A stretch of DNA of 63,911 bases, the filler included, from Octopus bimaculoides (taxonomy: Eukaryota): assembly GCF_001194135.2 (NCBI RefSeq). It is 5 parts of 5 records of this genome, joined end to end, with 100 filler letters (N's around TTAATTAATTAA, not from the genome) between each part and the next. Parts side by side here need not be neighbours in the genome. Positions count along the whole stretch, not along the records: positions 1 to 28,500 come from NC_068996.1; 4 more parts are not named here. One strand, 5' to 3'. Within the stretch, counting starts at the first letter, position 1. Each line of letters begins with the position of its first letter. Of the stretch, positions 1 through 11,956 are shown in pieces. Made by a program: the position numbers and the translations under genes. The notes under the pieces were generated by a model. That model searched no databases. It saw only the letters and a program-made list of their open reading frames with translations, and had not been told where the DNA came from.

Positions 1-577
1 ACATCATGTGAATACATTACTTTACCTCTGCTTTATTAAATCATATATAGAAACGCAAGACTATAAAAGCATCCAATGCTAAAAGTTCTTGACTGATATT
101 CCTAAAAATTTTGTATTACAAATAATACCAAAGAACTGCTGAGATATCTTAAAATCTAAACATTATACCCATCTATACACCAATTTGAGGTTAAGTAGAG
201 GAACACACACTACCAACAGGTCTTGAATCAAGTAATTCAGTATTCGCCAGACAGACATGTAACTGACTGAATAATATATACCACACTACTGAGGTTGTGC
301 TCCCATTTTTGTTACGCTATCTAGAATGTGACTTGGAAATATTTTCTTTAATCACACTTTAAATTTCATAGTATGCCAGTTCCCAAATGGTTCACAGAAA
401 AAAAGAGACAACCCACAGGAGTGTAGTGTGGATCTTGCAAACATACCATCACAATGCCCCAGTAAGTCATCTGGGAGCCAACATATTAAGGGATCATACA
501 TAGCAACCATCACTTATGTATACAAACAGAACTAAATATTTCAGTACACGCAATAAGCATTTGTATATTCTTAATAT

Positions 578-942
578 GTGGAGGTGCAATGGCCCAGTGG
601 TTAGGGCAGTGGACTCATGGTCATAGGATCGCGGTTTCAATTCCCAGACCAGGCATTGTGAATGTTTGAACGAAAACACCTAAAGCTCCACGAGGCTCCG
701 GCAAGGGATGGTGGCGAACCCTGCTGTACTCTTTCACCACAACCTTCTCTCACTCTTACTTCCTGTAATTCAAAGGGTCAACCTTGTCACACTGAATATC
801 CCCGAGAACTACGTTAAGGGTACACGTGTCTGTAGAGTGCTCAGCCACTTGTATGTTAATTTCACAAGCATTCTGTTTCTTTGATCAGATCAACTGAAAG
901 CCTCGACGTAGTAAGCGACAGAGTGCCAACAACAACAACAAC
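578..942 (+). mobile_element. tRNA-derived SINE, family A copy 1
   Basis: A box tggcccagtgg, B box ggtttcaattcc, (CAA)n tail; 9-bp TSD tcttaatat/tcttgatat (569-577, 943-951). Confidence 0.85.
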
Positions 943-1119
943 TCTTGATATGCTTTCATGTGCTGTAAAGATTGGAAGTATATATTTTAGTGCCTCCCAA
1001 ACCTAACCAATAAGCAAGATATTTATGAAATTTCCTTGAAAATATAAAAATCATTATGAATGATATTAGTCACAAACAAAATGCAAATTTTACTACAAAA
1101 AAAGTTTCAGTAATTTATC

Positions 1120-4100
1120 GCTTCAAAGGTTTAACTGCTTCGTTTAGACTAGATAGTAGAATGTCATTGGAAAGTTTTAACTGTCATTTGTTTAAATTTT
1201 TTCGGGTGGTAACCAATTTACATATAAGAACCATGCTCAAATTGAACAGGATCAACAAGGTAAGAATTACTGTTAATTTCAATTTCCCCTCACCACACAA
1301 AAGAACAGTCAAGAGAAGTAAAGTGTGAACTTGCTTTCTCCAGGTGTGTGTGTGTGCACACAAGAAAATTGTAACAAGTAATTTCAGGATACCCAAGTAA
1401 ATCATAAGAATATGATTCTACCTGGAAAGCAATCATTAAATGGAGAAAATTTACATTTGTCTTCTGCAAAAAGGAAACAATAACGTGATTTTTCAAAGCT
1501 AAAGAGTAAAATACAAATATACCTCTGGTACATTGTGATGGCTGTTAAATAAGATGAAATTTAGGAGCCTCATGAATATAGCATATAACACTTGACAACT
1601 GTCCCACAATGATAATAGTGATTTAGTTGTTGGGGAAATTCACAACATTGAATTCTCTGTAAAAAAAACTTTTTTATCACAACAGGGGGAAATGAAAAAA
1701 AACATTGGCCCACTAAGAATTTGAAGCATAGAATTTAAGGGAAAAACTAACCTGGTAGAAGTCACTTAACCCAGTGACTCGAGTACACCAGTAAATTCTT
1801 CTGCATATCCCTTCACCTACATGAGCTAACATGTCTGGTGGGGAACCTCTACTATATTTAAGACAAATTTTAGACACCTTAGGAACACAATATAAAATAT
1901 ACATCATTCATTTCTTCCAACAATGACAACAACAGATTGTAGGTAAAATTACTTCCAGCAAAAACAAACCAACCACTGAGATTGCCTTAGCTATTTTCAA
2001 TATCTGAAAACACATGTGAGAGACAAAACTAGTAAACTAGTAATATATGAAATATATTGAAGAGAAAGGAACTTGATCCTTTTCAATATGTCTTTCACTA
2101 GATACACACTGAAAAGGGAAAGTGTGCAACAAAAGATATATTCAATGTTCATATCTATCTCAAAAATCCAACTTCAAAAGCAATTCTGTTTTTTATAATT
2201 CTCCCAGAAACGAAAAACAATTAGCCTGCATAGAATCTGAACTAGGAAATCTAAACCAACGTCACCCTCCTGGCACGTGAAAAACATTTAAGCTAATTTG
2301 TTGCCAGTACCACTAGACTGGCTCCTGTGCAGGTGGCACGTAAAAAAGCACCATTTCGAGCGTGGCCGTTGCCAGTACCTCCTGACTGGCCTCGTGCCGG
2401 TGGCACGTAAAAGCACCCACTACATTCTCGGAGTGGTTAGCGTTAGGAAGGGCATCCAGCTGTAAAACTCTGCCAAATCAGTCCTCAGTCAAACCGTTCA
2501 ACCCATGCTCGCATGAAAAGCAGACGTTAAAAGATGATGAAATTATGTAGTCTGGCAAAGTGATTTAGCCATGTGATTAATTCAGACCAGTAACTTTTCC
2601 TGCATACCCCTTCACCTAGCTCTAGCTAGCATCTGCCAGCCCATCAAACATGATGACAGCATCAATACAAGACATTCACCGGTACCAAAAAGACGTGTTG
2701 TTGGAGACATTAGATAACATATTCTAACAATACACCTAACATGAAATGACAAAATAGAAGACAGTAACCGATTGATAATGATTAATTCTTTCACATTGGT
2801 GTTTAACATTAAATCTAATGACACCAGGGAAAAAGCAATGTAACATCCACAAACTGTGTGTATTCACTAAAAAACATTTAGTATATCTACGCGTTCCCAT
2901 GAACAATCTAGCACTTTATCAAATGCATTTGTATAAGTGAAGAAACAAGATGTACGTGTCTATTTTAAACAGAAAAATGGCATCATCATAGGTTAGCTGA
3001 ACAAACAATGTAGATCAACTGTATGCCATCATATTGGTGCAAATTTATGTCCAACAAAAATTTAAATATTAACTGAGATATGTGTGAAACAAGACTAGTC
3101 ATATTTGAAATTTATAGTAGATACTCACAGAGAAGGGAAAAGTGTACGACAAAAAATATACTCGACGTTGACTGCAGCCAGAAGGCTAAAATTAGTAAAA
3201 GAGCTATGTCAGAAAATACAATTTCAAATTCAACTATGTGCATGTGTGCAGGCACAAGCAAGGAAATTGTAACAAGTAATTTCAGGATACCCATGTAAAT
3301 TATAATATGATTCTACCTGAGAAGCGATCATTAAATGGAGAAAATTTACATTTGTTTTCTGCAAAAAGGAAAAAAACAACTTGACAGTATTATATTTAAA
3401 AGCTAATTAGAATACAAATATACCTCTGCTACATTGTGATAGCAAATAAATAAGACCAACTTTAGTAGCCTCATGAATATAGCATATAATATTTGACAAT
3501 GCTTGTCCCACAAAGAGGATAGTGATGTCGAGGAAATTCATTACATTGTTGAACCGTCTATAAAAACACTATCACACCTGGAGGAATTCTCAGTTATTTC
3601 CTGTGTCTGAACAGACACAAGACAAAAAATATTGACTCACTTAGAATTCAAACCACAGCATTTAAGGGGAAAACTGTAACCTGAAACAAGCGATTTAACC
3701 CACCAACTCACTTGTACACTGGTAAATTTTTTAGCATATCCCTTCACCTACATGATCTACAAAGACGTCTAGTGGGGAACCTCTGCTACTTTGATGGAAT
3801 ATATTTAAGACAAACTTTAGGAACCTCGGGAATACAGCATAAAACACTTGATTTCATTTATTTTCCCAACAATGACAGCAATATACTATTGGTGAAATTT
3901 ATCACTTTAGTGTGGAATTATTTCCAACAAAAAATTAAAATATTAACTAGTGAGGGTTTCTTAGCTATTTTCAGCATAAACATGTGCGAGACAAAACTAG
4001 TAATATATGAAATATACATTAGAGAAAGGAACTTGATCCTTCTCAACAAGTCTTTCACTGGATACACACCAAGAAGGAAAAAGTGCGTAACAAAAGAGAT

Positions 4101-4420
4101 GCTCAATGTTCACAGCTATCTCAGAAAATACAATTTCAAAAGCAATTCTATTTTCGAATTCTCCTAGCAACGAAAAACAACCTGCATAGAATCAGAAAAT
4201 GCAAGAGATAAATTATGTAGTCTAGCAGAAGTGATTTAGCCATTAACTCAGACCAGTAACTTTTCCTTCATATCCCTTCACTTAGTTCTAGCTAGCATCT
4301 GCCAGTACATCAAACGTGATGGTAGAATGTCACTGGAGGAGTTTAACTACATCACTTGTTTCAATTTTTTCAGGTGGTAGAATGAGATTGGAAAGGTTTA
4401 ACTGCTTCACATTTTTACCA
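1120..4420. repeat. Old degenerate tandem duplication (~1350-2660 vs ~3240-4320, plus shorter sub-repeats)
   Basis: Co-linear blocks, e.g. aattgtaacaagtaatttcaggatacccaagtaaat at ~1368 and ~3266; cccttcacct-like motif recurs at ~1808, 2608, 3740, 4275. Confidence 0.85.
2265..2540 (+). mobile_element. SINE family B (ggaagggcatccagctgta...gatgatga tail)
   Basis: Matches copies at ~18690, 20290, 29030, 37215, 40870, 44270; absent from the second copy of the tandem duplication. Confidence 0.8.
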
Positions 4421-4631
4421 TCAGAAATTTAAACCTGTGATGCACTTAAACCTCTCCAGTGAGATTTTACCACCTCAAAAAAAATTTAAACAATTGAAGT
4501 ACTTCAACCTCTCTGGTAACATTTTACCACCNNNNNNNNNNNNNNNNNNNNNNNNNNNNNNNNNNNNNNNNNNNNNNNNNNNNNNNNNNNNNNNNNNNNN
4601 NNNNNNNNNNNNNNNNNNNNNNNNNNNNNNN

Positions 4632-4663
<32 letters not shown>

Positions 4664-4759
4664 TGTGTGCGTGTGTGTGTGCAATATACTTATATGTATG
4701 CAATATGTTTATATATATATATATATACATGCGTATATGGGTCCTCCACACTTAGTTGG

Positions 4760-7500
4760 CAAATATACGCCACAATCCCATGCTGCTACTGTTTACATCT
4801 CACTCAGATTTATTATTGCTTGTGTCTCCTTTTTTGAGATCAGTGACAGTTTGTCACCGGAAAAAGCATGTGGTATTTTGCATTTTGAATGAGTTCTCAT
4901 TACTAGCTGGTGACTGTTACACACTGATGACGGGTTACTACTCAGAAACCTGGGTCTGTGTCTATCACATAAGGCTAGAAATGGGAACAGTATTTCCCTT
5001 TGCAAATGTGGCACTGTCTCTCTTTTTTACTCTTGTGGGTTAACCCACACCATAAATCACAACAGGGCTCCCTGCGCCAACAAGGAACAACTACATAACA
5101 GCTACCATCCCATTCACCTCAATCATTTTTTAGACCTAATATGCAAACACAGAGACACGAGATAACACCAAACAGACAGGAGGAACCAAAAGTGATAAAA
5201 CTTATCAATCTAACTAACAGCAAACCAAATCAACATACTCTCCAAAGGGCTCAAGTTTATACCTATCCCCCAACGCTCCAACTACAACGAAATGAAAGAA
5301 GATATCACAGAATTTTGTAGAAAATTATGACTTGCTGAGGAGCTATATGACAAATACAATGAGGATGAATTGTTAGTCCGAAACAGAAGTAACTATACCC
5401 CTTCAAAAGGTAAGAACAAAACTCTTGATCATTTCTGTGAATACATCTCAAATTACCCATATCAACATATACACAAACAAAAACAGAAGCCACACTTCAG
5501 CAAAAAAGAATGGGCTGAGCTGAACAAATCAAAATCTGATAAAACAATAACAATCAAAGAGGCTGACCTAGGGTGTGCAGTTGTCTTAATGGACATGGTA
5601 TACTATATAACTCTAGTACTATCCATATTAGAAGACACAACATATTATGAAAAGGCCTAACACTACAGTCAGCAGAAAATGATGAGAGACTTGAAATCCA
5701 TGTTAAACCTATACAGAGAAGGGCTCACTGACAAGGAATACGACTATATGACCAATTTCAAAAGTAAATCCAGTCAATTCTATGGTATTCCCAAGATACA
5801 CAAAAGCGAGAAAATAAGTATCATGCAGGGAAGCCACAGACATAATAATCAAAATCCCTACTCTTAATGACCTCAAATTGAGACCTATAATAGCAGGTCA
5901 TGCATGCGAAACCCACCGCCTCAGTAACCTTTTAGATACCCTCTTAAAACCATTCCTCAAGCATGTCAAAAGTTACATAAGGGATGACCTGAATATGCTC
6001 AATCACCTTCCTGAAACAATAAACAAAAACACCCTACTAGTATTCTTCGATGTAGTTAACCTCTATTCAAATATCCCCCACAACCTAGGAGTAGAGGTAA
6101 TTCAATCCTGGCTAGAGAATTATGCCAATGAACTCCCACATTGCATCAAAAAAGAATTTGTGATAGAAGGGCTAAAATTTATCTTGGAGAATAACCACTT
6201 TGTCTTCAAAGACAACTTCTATCGACAAAAATCGGGGACTGCGATGGGTACACAAATGGCCCCCTCCTTTGCTAACTTATTCATAGGATATCTAGAAATT
6301 AGTCTTTATTGTAAGGTACTAGAAAAATACGGCAACCCATTCTCCCTCTAGATAGAAAATAACTGGATGACTGTTTCATTCTTTGACATGAAAATATAGA
6401 GAAACATGAAGAATTTCAAGCACTTATAAATGAACTTGATGTAGACATTCAATTCACGATGGAATATAGCCATCAACAACTTCCCTTCCTTGACATCTTC
6501 ATTAAGAAATCTAACAACGTAATAAAAACAGATATATACTATAAGCTCACAGACTCCAAGAAATATCTACTTTTCAACTCACCAGACACACCAGAATGAA
6601 TATCCCTTCAACCTAGCAAAAAGGATTTTTACTATAGTTTCTAATGCAAGCACCAGGGACACACGACTACATGAACTAAAGGATACACTCATCACCAGGA
6701 ACTACCCACCTTCACTAATTAACATATGCTTTCAATGTCCCCGACAACTCAACATCCACAAACTCACACATTCCAAATTAAAGAAGGATTTACACCCAAA
6801 AGGCCTACCATAATCTCCACGCACAACCCTCTTAACAATGAAGCCTTCGACACCATACTTCAAAACATTCCCCTATTAAAAAAAGGACCACAGAATGAAC
6901 TTAATCCTCCAAACACACACCATCATAAAAAGCAAGAGACCCCAAATTTACGAAAAGTCTCTTAACACAAGCCCGAATATGCTCAACAACAACACTGAAG
7001 CCATCAGTAAAAAATATGGAAGACCCAATTGTGGGATATGCGTCAATTTAATTGCGGGATCAGAGTTCTCCTTTCAGAGTGAAAAGCAGCTTCACATGTG
7101 CTTCGGAGAACCTGATATACGCACTAAACTACTCTGGGTGTCAAGAGTACATAGGCCAAACAAAAAACAGTCTACGTCAAAGGATGGCTCTGCACAGATC
7201 CCAGATCAAAATTCTGAAAAACAGAAAAATAGCATTCAGCCAACACATCGACATTTGCGCCAATAACAAAAATCCAAGCTTCAGAATTTTTCCCCTCTTT
7301 CAGTTCAGGGGTAATAAAACTAGTAGCCAATGAAATAGTAAAGAGTTGTTCTTTATCACAAAGTATAGACCCCTTTTGAATGCATCTATAACAAATGACA
7401 TATCCACCACGACCTTAGAATAACACACACACAAATATTCAAAACAGATACCCAAGAATTCATTAAAAACAGTCCCAATCATTACTATAATCCACAATGA
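4760..7500 (+). mobile_element. Penelope-like retroelement, degenerate RT + GIY-YIG
   Basis: Frameshifted motifs KGLKF, MRPIIAG..CETHRLS..LD.LLKP, FDVVNLYSNIPH, GTAMGTQMAPSFANLF, DDCF, LPFLDI, NIPFNLAKRI, FTCASENLIY..CQEYIGQT; hammerhead motif upstream. Confidence 0.92.
4919..4961 (+). ncRNA. Minimal type-I hammerhead ribozyme motif (PLE pseudo-LTR)
   Basis: Stem I acaca/tgtgt; core CTGATGA (4924-4930); stem II gggt-tact-actc; GAAA (4945-4948); stem III ac(c)..(g)gt; GTC triplet 4954-4956. Stem II closing pair is a c/a mismatch. Confidence 0.7.
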
Positions 7501-7751
7501 GCCACTTTTAGGTCACTTGATCAAATTAAACATCCAGCTACTATCATACTACTCCCGTATTCTTTTATTCTTCTTCTTCTTCTTTTAAAAAGAGAGATGG
7601 AGACAGGCAGAAACAAGGAAAATGCCCCTTGTATTTGAATACTATGCAATTATTCTTTTAAATCGTGCAAACATGCCCTCGCAAAACCACTACAGATTCT
7701 CATCCAGAGTTTTCTTGCAAATATATATATATATGAGTATACATACATATG

Positions 7752-7753
<2 letters not shown>

Positions 7754-7798
<45 letters not shown>
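7754..7798. repeat. (GA)n microsatellite
   Basis: Direct sequence. Confidence 0.98.
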
Positions 7799-7801
<3 letters not shown>

Positions 7802-8047
7802 GGATAGACAGATTATGCAAGCTAGTGTTCTTAGACGTATTGTTCTTATTCCCGTAGAGGGTGCAAATGGAATAATAGCCTGCAAGGTTTGTATTGATAA
7901 TGGCTCAACGTGAACTATTGAAGGTAAATGATAAAAGGAGTTGAGTGAGATCTCTGGAAACTTAGGCCTGCAAATGGAAATGGTAAATAATGGAAACTTC
8001 AGTGGTGTGTGTAAACAGATAGAATGTGATGATGAGCAAAAACAGAA

Positions 8048-8332
8048 CAGTGGTTCCCAAATTCATTTTTGTGCTGCTACCCCCTTGGCACCAAGGTTAC
8101 ACGAACACACACACTAACTCACCACCACAGTCATAGACCACTTTCTGCAGCAAATTCAAAACAACTATGTTTCACAATTAAAACTTAACTTAATTAACCC
8201 ATTATTTTGTTTGCTTTTACACCCACTACCCCCTTTTTTCCTGTCCATTATTGCCTGACTTTCTTTAATCCCACTCCCCGGATGTTTCCACTGCCCCCTG
8301 AGGGTCAGTACCAACCACTTTGTGAACCACTG
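8048..8332. mobile_element. hAT-type MITE
   Basis: TIRs cagtggttcccaaa / tttgtgaaccactg; degenerate 8-bp flanks aaacagaa/agtcagag. Confidence 0.7.
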
Positions 8333-8344
8333 AGTCAGAGTATA

Positions 8345-8570
8345 GAATGGTTGATGAGCAGAATAGCTAAAGCATTGGTAAAATTCCTTGTGTTATTTGA
8401 CTTCGTGGTCTGAGTTCAATACTGTTGAAGTAAACTTTGTTCTTTTCATTCTTCTGGGGTCGATAAAATAAAGTACCAGTCAAAAAACTGGAGTCAATAT
8501 AATGGACTGCTCCCCTCCTCAGATTTCAGGTTGTGTGCCTATGCTAAAAACAATTTTAAGATTAAAGCAA
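8345..8570 (+). mobile_element. SINE family E (CORE-like; tctgagttcaa...ggggtcgataaaataaagtaccagt)
   Basis: Related copies at ~12780-12960 (-), ~16845-16990 (-), ~22200-22340. Confidence 0.65.
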
Positions 8571-9850
8571 TCAAGCTTATGTCATGATACATTCTCGAGT
8601 GAATATTTTATTGGAGATTAAGGACTTGAAAGTTGTTTAGGAGTGCCTTAGATGTTTGTACATTTTCTTGGAAGGAAAAGAGAGACTTAGAATTTAAGAT
8701 GGTTGGCTGGTTATTTCAAAGACAAGAATATTGCATGGAAATAGAATTAATTAGCTGAGGAGGAAATTAAATGGAATATTACTGGAGTGGTATTGTAATG
8801 TAAATTGTGATATATGAGCGGCAAAAGAAATTCTTCTTGGCTGATCTTTAAACTGTGTCAGGGAAGTAAATAAACATTAAATTCTTGATAGCAGTAAAAG
8901 AAGGAAACAAAACAATAAAAAAATTAAAGAAAGACAACATTTTGTACTACCATGTTCTGATATCAATAAATAGCCTTTTGGAAATAATTTTGGTTATGTG
9001 TGTAGATGTGTTTGTGCCTGTGTGTGTATACACAAATATATATGTACACACACATACATACACATAAAAATATATGCATATGTGTGTGAGTGTATGTATA
9101 TCTGTGTGTGTTGATGAAATGCTATAGCTGAGGTGTGTAGATATGTGCAGTGTGCAAGAGTTAAAATGGAGGTGAACCTCAGTAAGATTCCCTGTAGACA
9201 AGGTGATGTACTCTTTGGCAAACAAATGGGCAGATGATGTGATCTAGTTGAAGTATTTTATGCTAAGCAGAAGGTAAAGATATAGGGCATACAAGACAGG
9301 TGGAAGTTCTCATAGGCAACCAACTGAGGGCTATGGGGCAAATTTGTGGATGGTGGAAGATTCTAGTCAAACCAAAGGTGACATGGTGGTGGAACAATTA
9401 GGTAAGCAAAGCTATAAAAGCAAAAAAGATAAGCTTGGAAAAACGAAGAATGATGGTGGTCGTCGTGGAGGTGGGGAGCAGAGAGCTATATCAGGTAACT
9501 AGAAGAGATAGGTTTACTTGCTGAGAGGAGAAGCAGAAAAAAAGAGGTTTGGGAATGTTCTACAGCATGAGGATTAGAGGTTTGAGGTGTTCCAAGTTGC
9601 AAGACTGTGTATGAGTGAGAATCAAGATGTGGGTGACAAGTGTGTGCAAATGGTCAATGGTACACTTGCACTTACTGATTCTGATAAGAAAGAGGGATGG
9701 AAGTGCTACTATGAAAGACTACTAAATGTGGAGAATGCATGGAAAGAAGAAGGTCTTCCTAACATGGACCCAACAGAGGGACCAGCCTTTCTAATACACA
9801 GTAGTATGATAGATAAGGCAGTTAAAGATATGAAGACAAGGGATGCCTCT

Positions 9851-10291
9851 TTTAGAAATAATACATTTCTAAATCTCTCAGAGAGATTTATGCAGTAGTG
9901 ATACAATGAAGTAGGTGTATGCTGTCAACTTAATGTGACAGTCCTCTGAAGGGAATAATACTACTGTTAGTTAAATCTAGGAAACTGCACAACTTCCTGT
10001 CGGCCTTGACACATTTCCTGTATCCTTATGTTTACAAGGGGGAGACAAGCACCTCCACCCAGCTAAGCCTGCATCCAGAGACATGTTTCTGAGTCTTTGC
10101 TCCAGACTGATGACAAACAAGGACTCAGAAACATGTCTCTGGATGCAGGCTTAGCTGGGTTGAGGTACTTGTCTCCCCCTTGTGAACATAAGGACACAGG
10201 AAATGTGTCAAGGCCGACAGAAAGTGGTGCAGCTTCCTAGGTCTAACCTTCAAGGGACTGTCACATTAAGTTGACAGCATACAACTACTTC
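9851..10291. mobile_element. Palindromic (fold-back) insertion, probably derived from a PLE pseudo-LTR
   Basis: 12-bp direct repeat agggatgcctct at 9839-9850 and 10292-10303; inverted arms ~9907-10099 / ~10118-10292; hammerhead core at the apex. Confidence 0.85.
10101..10143 (+). ncRNA. Type-I hammerhead motif with degenerate stem II
   Basis: tccaga-CTGATGA-14 nt-GAAA-catgt-C-tctgga: 6-bp stem I, palindromic stem III acatgt, GTC site; the 14-nt spacer does not pair. Confidence 0.6.
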
Positions 10292-10602
10292 AGGGATGCC
10301 TCTATCCATCAGGAATTACTTCTAATATGCTTAAAATATCATGCAGGATATGAGTTGCCAAGTTACCTATGTAGTTAATTAAGTTGTACAGGAGTTAGAG
10401 CTCAACTGATCAGGAAGAGAGTTGTTCAAGATGAGATGTAGTCTAGCTTTGTGACAGGAATAAGTACAACTGATGCTCTCATCCCAGTATCCCAGAGAAG
10501 TATTCATCTAAGAGTAAACTGCTGTATTTAGTATTTGTTGACCTGGAGAAAGTCTTTGACAGAGTCTCTCTCTCTGTGATTTGGCAGTCAATGAAGAAGA
10601 TA

Positions 10603-11336
10603 CAGGCATACTTCACCCTATGTCATTAATTTGTTCCAGGAGACACGACTTAAGTAAAGAAACAACCTATGTTGAATGAACTTGTCTCTAGGCTAGGATA
10701 GGCCAAATTTACTTATCTCTAGGTTAAACTGATAATAACCATTCCCAGTTCTGTACTTTATTTATGAATGTGTTATATATGGTTTGATATGTGCTAAAAT
10801 CTTGTCCTTATTATGTACAATTGTTGGTACAGTTGTCCGACTCATCCCAAAAGATCGTGCAATTGATACCACTTCTTCACCTTTTTCATGGCATTTTATC
10901 ACAGCCAGTTTATCTTTCAACGTTATAACATGACACTTAGCACTTTTGCTATGAATTTTCTTAGGAGCCATGAGGGCAAAAAATAACAGTAGATATTGAA
11001 ACTACAGTGCAATATGAGCTCCGAAAGACTGATAAATAAGATTTCATGATTTCGTTCACTAAGCTACACGACTTTATGGTGTGTGTCTTAACATTTACTG
11101 CACGTATTTTAATATGGTTTTATATGCTTTTATTCTTATTTACTGTAGAGTAACATGATTTTATGTGCTTTTAAAGACTTTCTAATGATTTTCCGATTCC
11201 AGTATTTGTGGCAGACAGACGTAAAGTCGAGTAAAATGACTTCACTTGATTTTTATTTCACCATATATTATTTTTGAGAACCAACATATAATCAAGAATG
11301 ACTTAAATCGAAACAACTTAAGCCGAGGTATGCCTG
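10603..11336 (-). mobile_element. Tigger/pogo internally deleted element
   Basis: TIRs caggcatacttca / cgaggtatgcctg, TA on both flanks; ORF 10971->10762 MAPKK...VITLKDKLAVIKCHEKGEEVVSIARSFGMSRTTVPTIVHNKDKI resembles a CENP-B/psq HTH. Confidence 0.9.
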
Positions 11337-11917
11337 TATAGGCAAATGGTTAGTGGGAGCCAGACAAGCCTTGTACAGACGTATTATTAGAAAGATAAGA
11401 TTTAGCAATGAGTACAGCAACAAACTCAATGTTCAGGTAGGTACTATTAGAACTCAGTTTTCAGTCTTTTGCAACATGTGTGTATGTATGTGATGTATGT
11501 GTGTTTTCTTTAAAAGTCATAAGCTACAAGAAGTGATGATGTCATCTCTTCTGTCAACGAATCATTCACTTACTTTGTACATTCAAAGACCTGAAATAAA
11601 AGATCCCTTGCAGAATAAACTGGTAGTTGTTAGTGACTGGAAGGACAATGCCCTATATCCAACCAACTCATGTGAGCAAGGAAAAGTGGATGCGAAAACA
11701 AAAGGATAAGACATGAGAGAAAGAAAATGGCAATTATAAAACTCTTTATTCATGATGAGTGTTTCAACACATCATGTACTGGTACCTTGCAGGTAAGATA
11801 CTGTACAAATATTTGTGATGCATCAAAGGTGCAGATGTGTCTCCTCAGGTGATTTATTTAAAAAGCATTCTACAAGATGTATATCCAAATATAAAATTAT
11901 TACCTATTTATGCATGC

Positions 11918-11956
<39 letters not shown>

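Larger units (their letters stand above)
9150..11440 (+). mobile_element. RTE-clade LINE fragment interrupted by two insertions
   Basis: KVTWWWNN, ENQDVGDKC, WKCYYERLLNVE, [insert] PSGITSNMLK, VFVDLEKVFDRV..VIWQSMKKI [Tigger] KWLVGARQALY. Confidence 0.88.

Noticed and set aside
578-660. tRNA-like heads of SINE families A, C and D
   Set aside because: They continue into long shared SINE bodies with TSDs and lack full cloverleafs; not tRNA genes.
1713-1907. Minus-strand segment GSPPDMLAHVGEGICRRIYW... with a gttagt donor
   Set aside because: Its duplicate copies carry in-frame stops, the acceptor is poor, and the phase does not fit the neighbouring candidate exon.
7800-7990. Open frames on both strands (RIVLIPVEGANGIIACK; PKFPEISLNSFYHLP...)
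   Set aside because: No recognisable homology and no convincing pair of splice sites.
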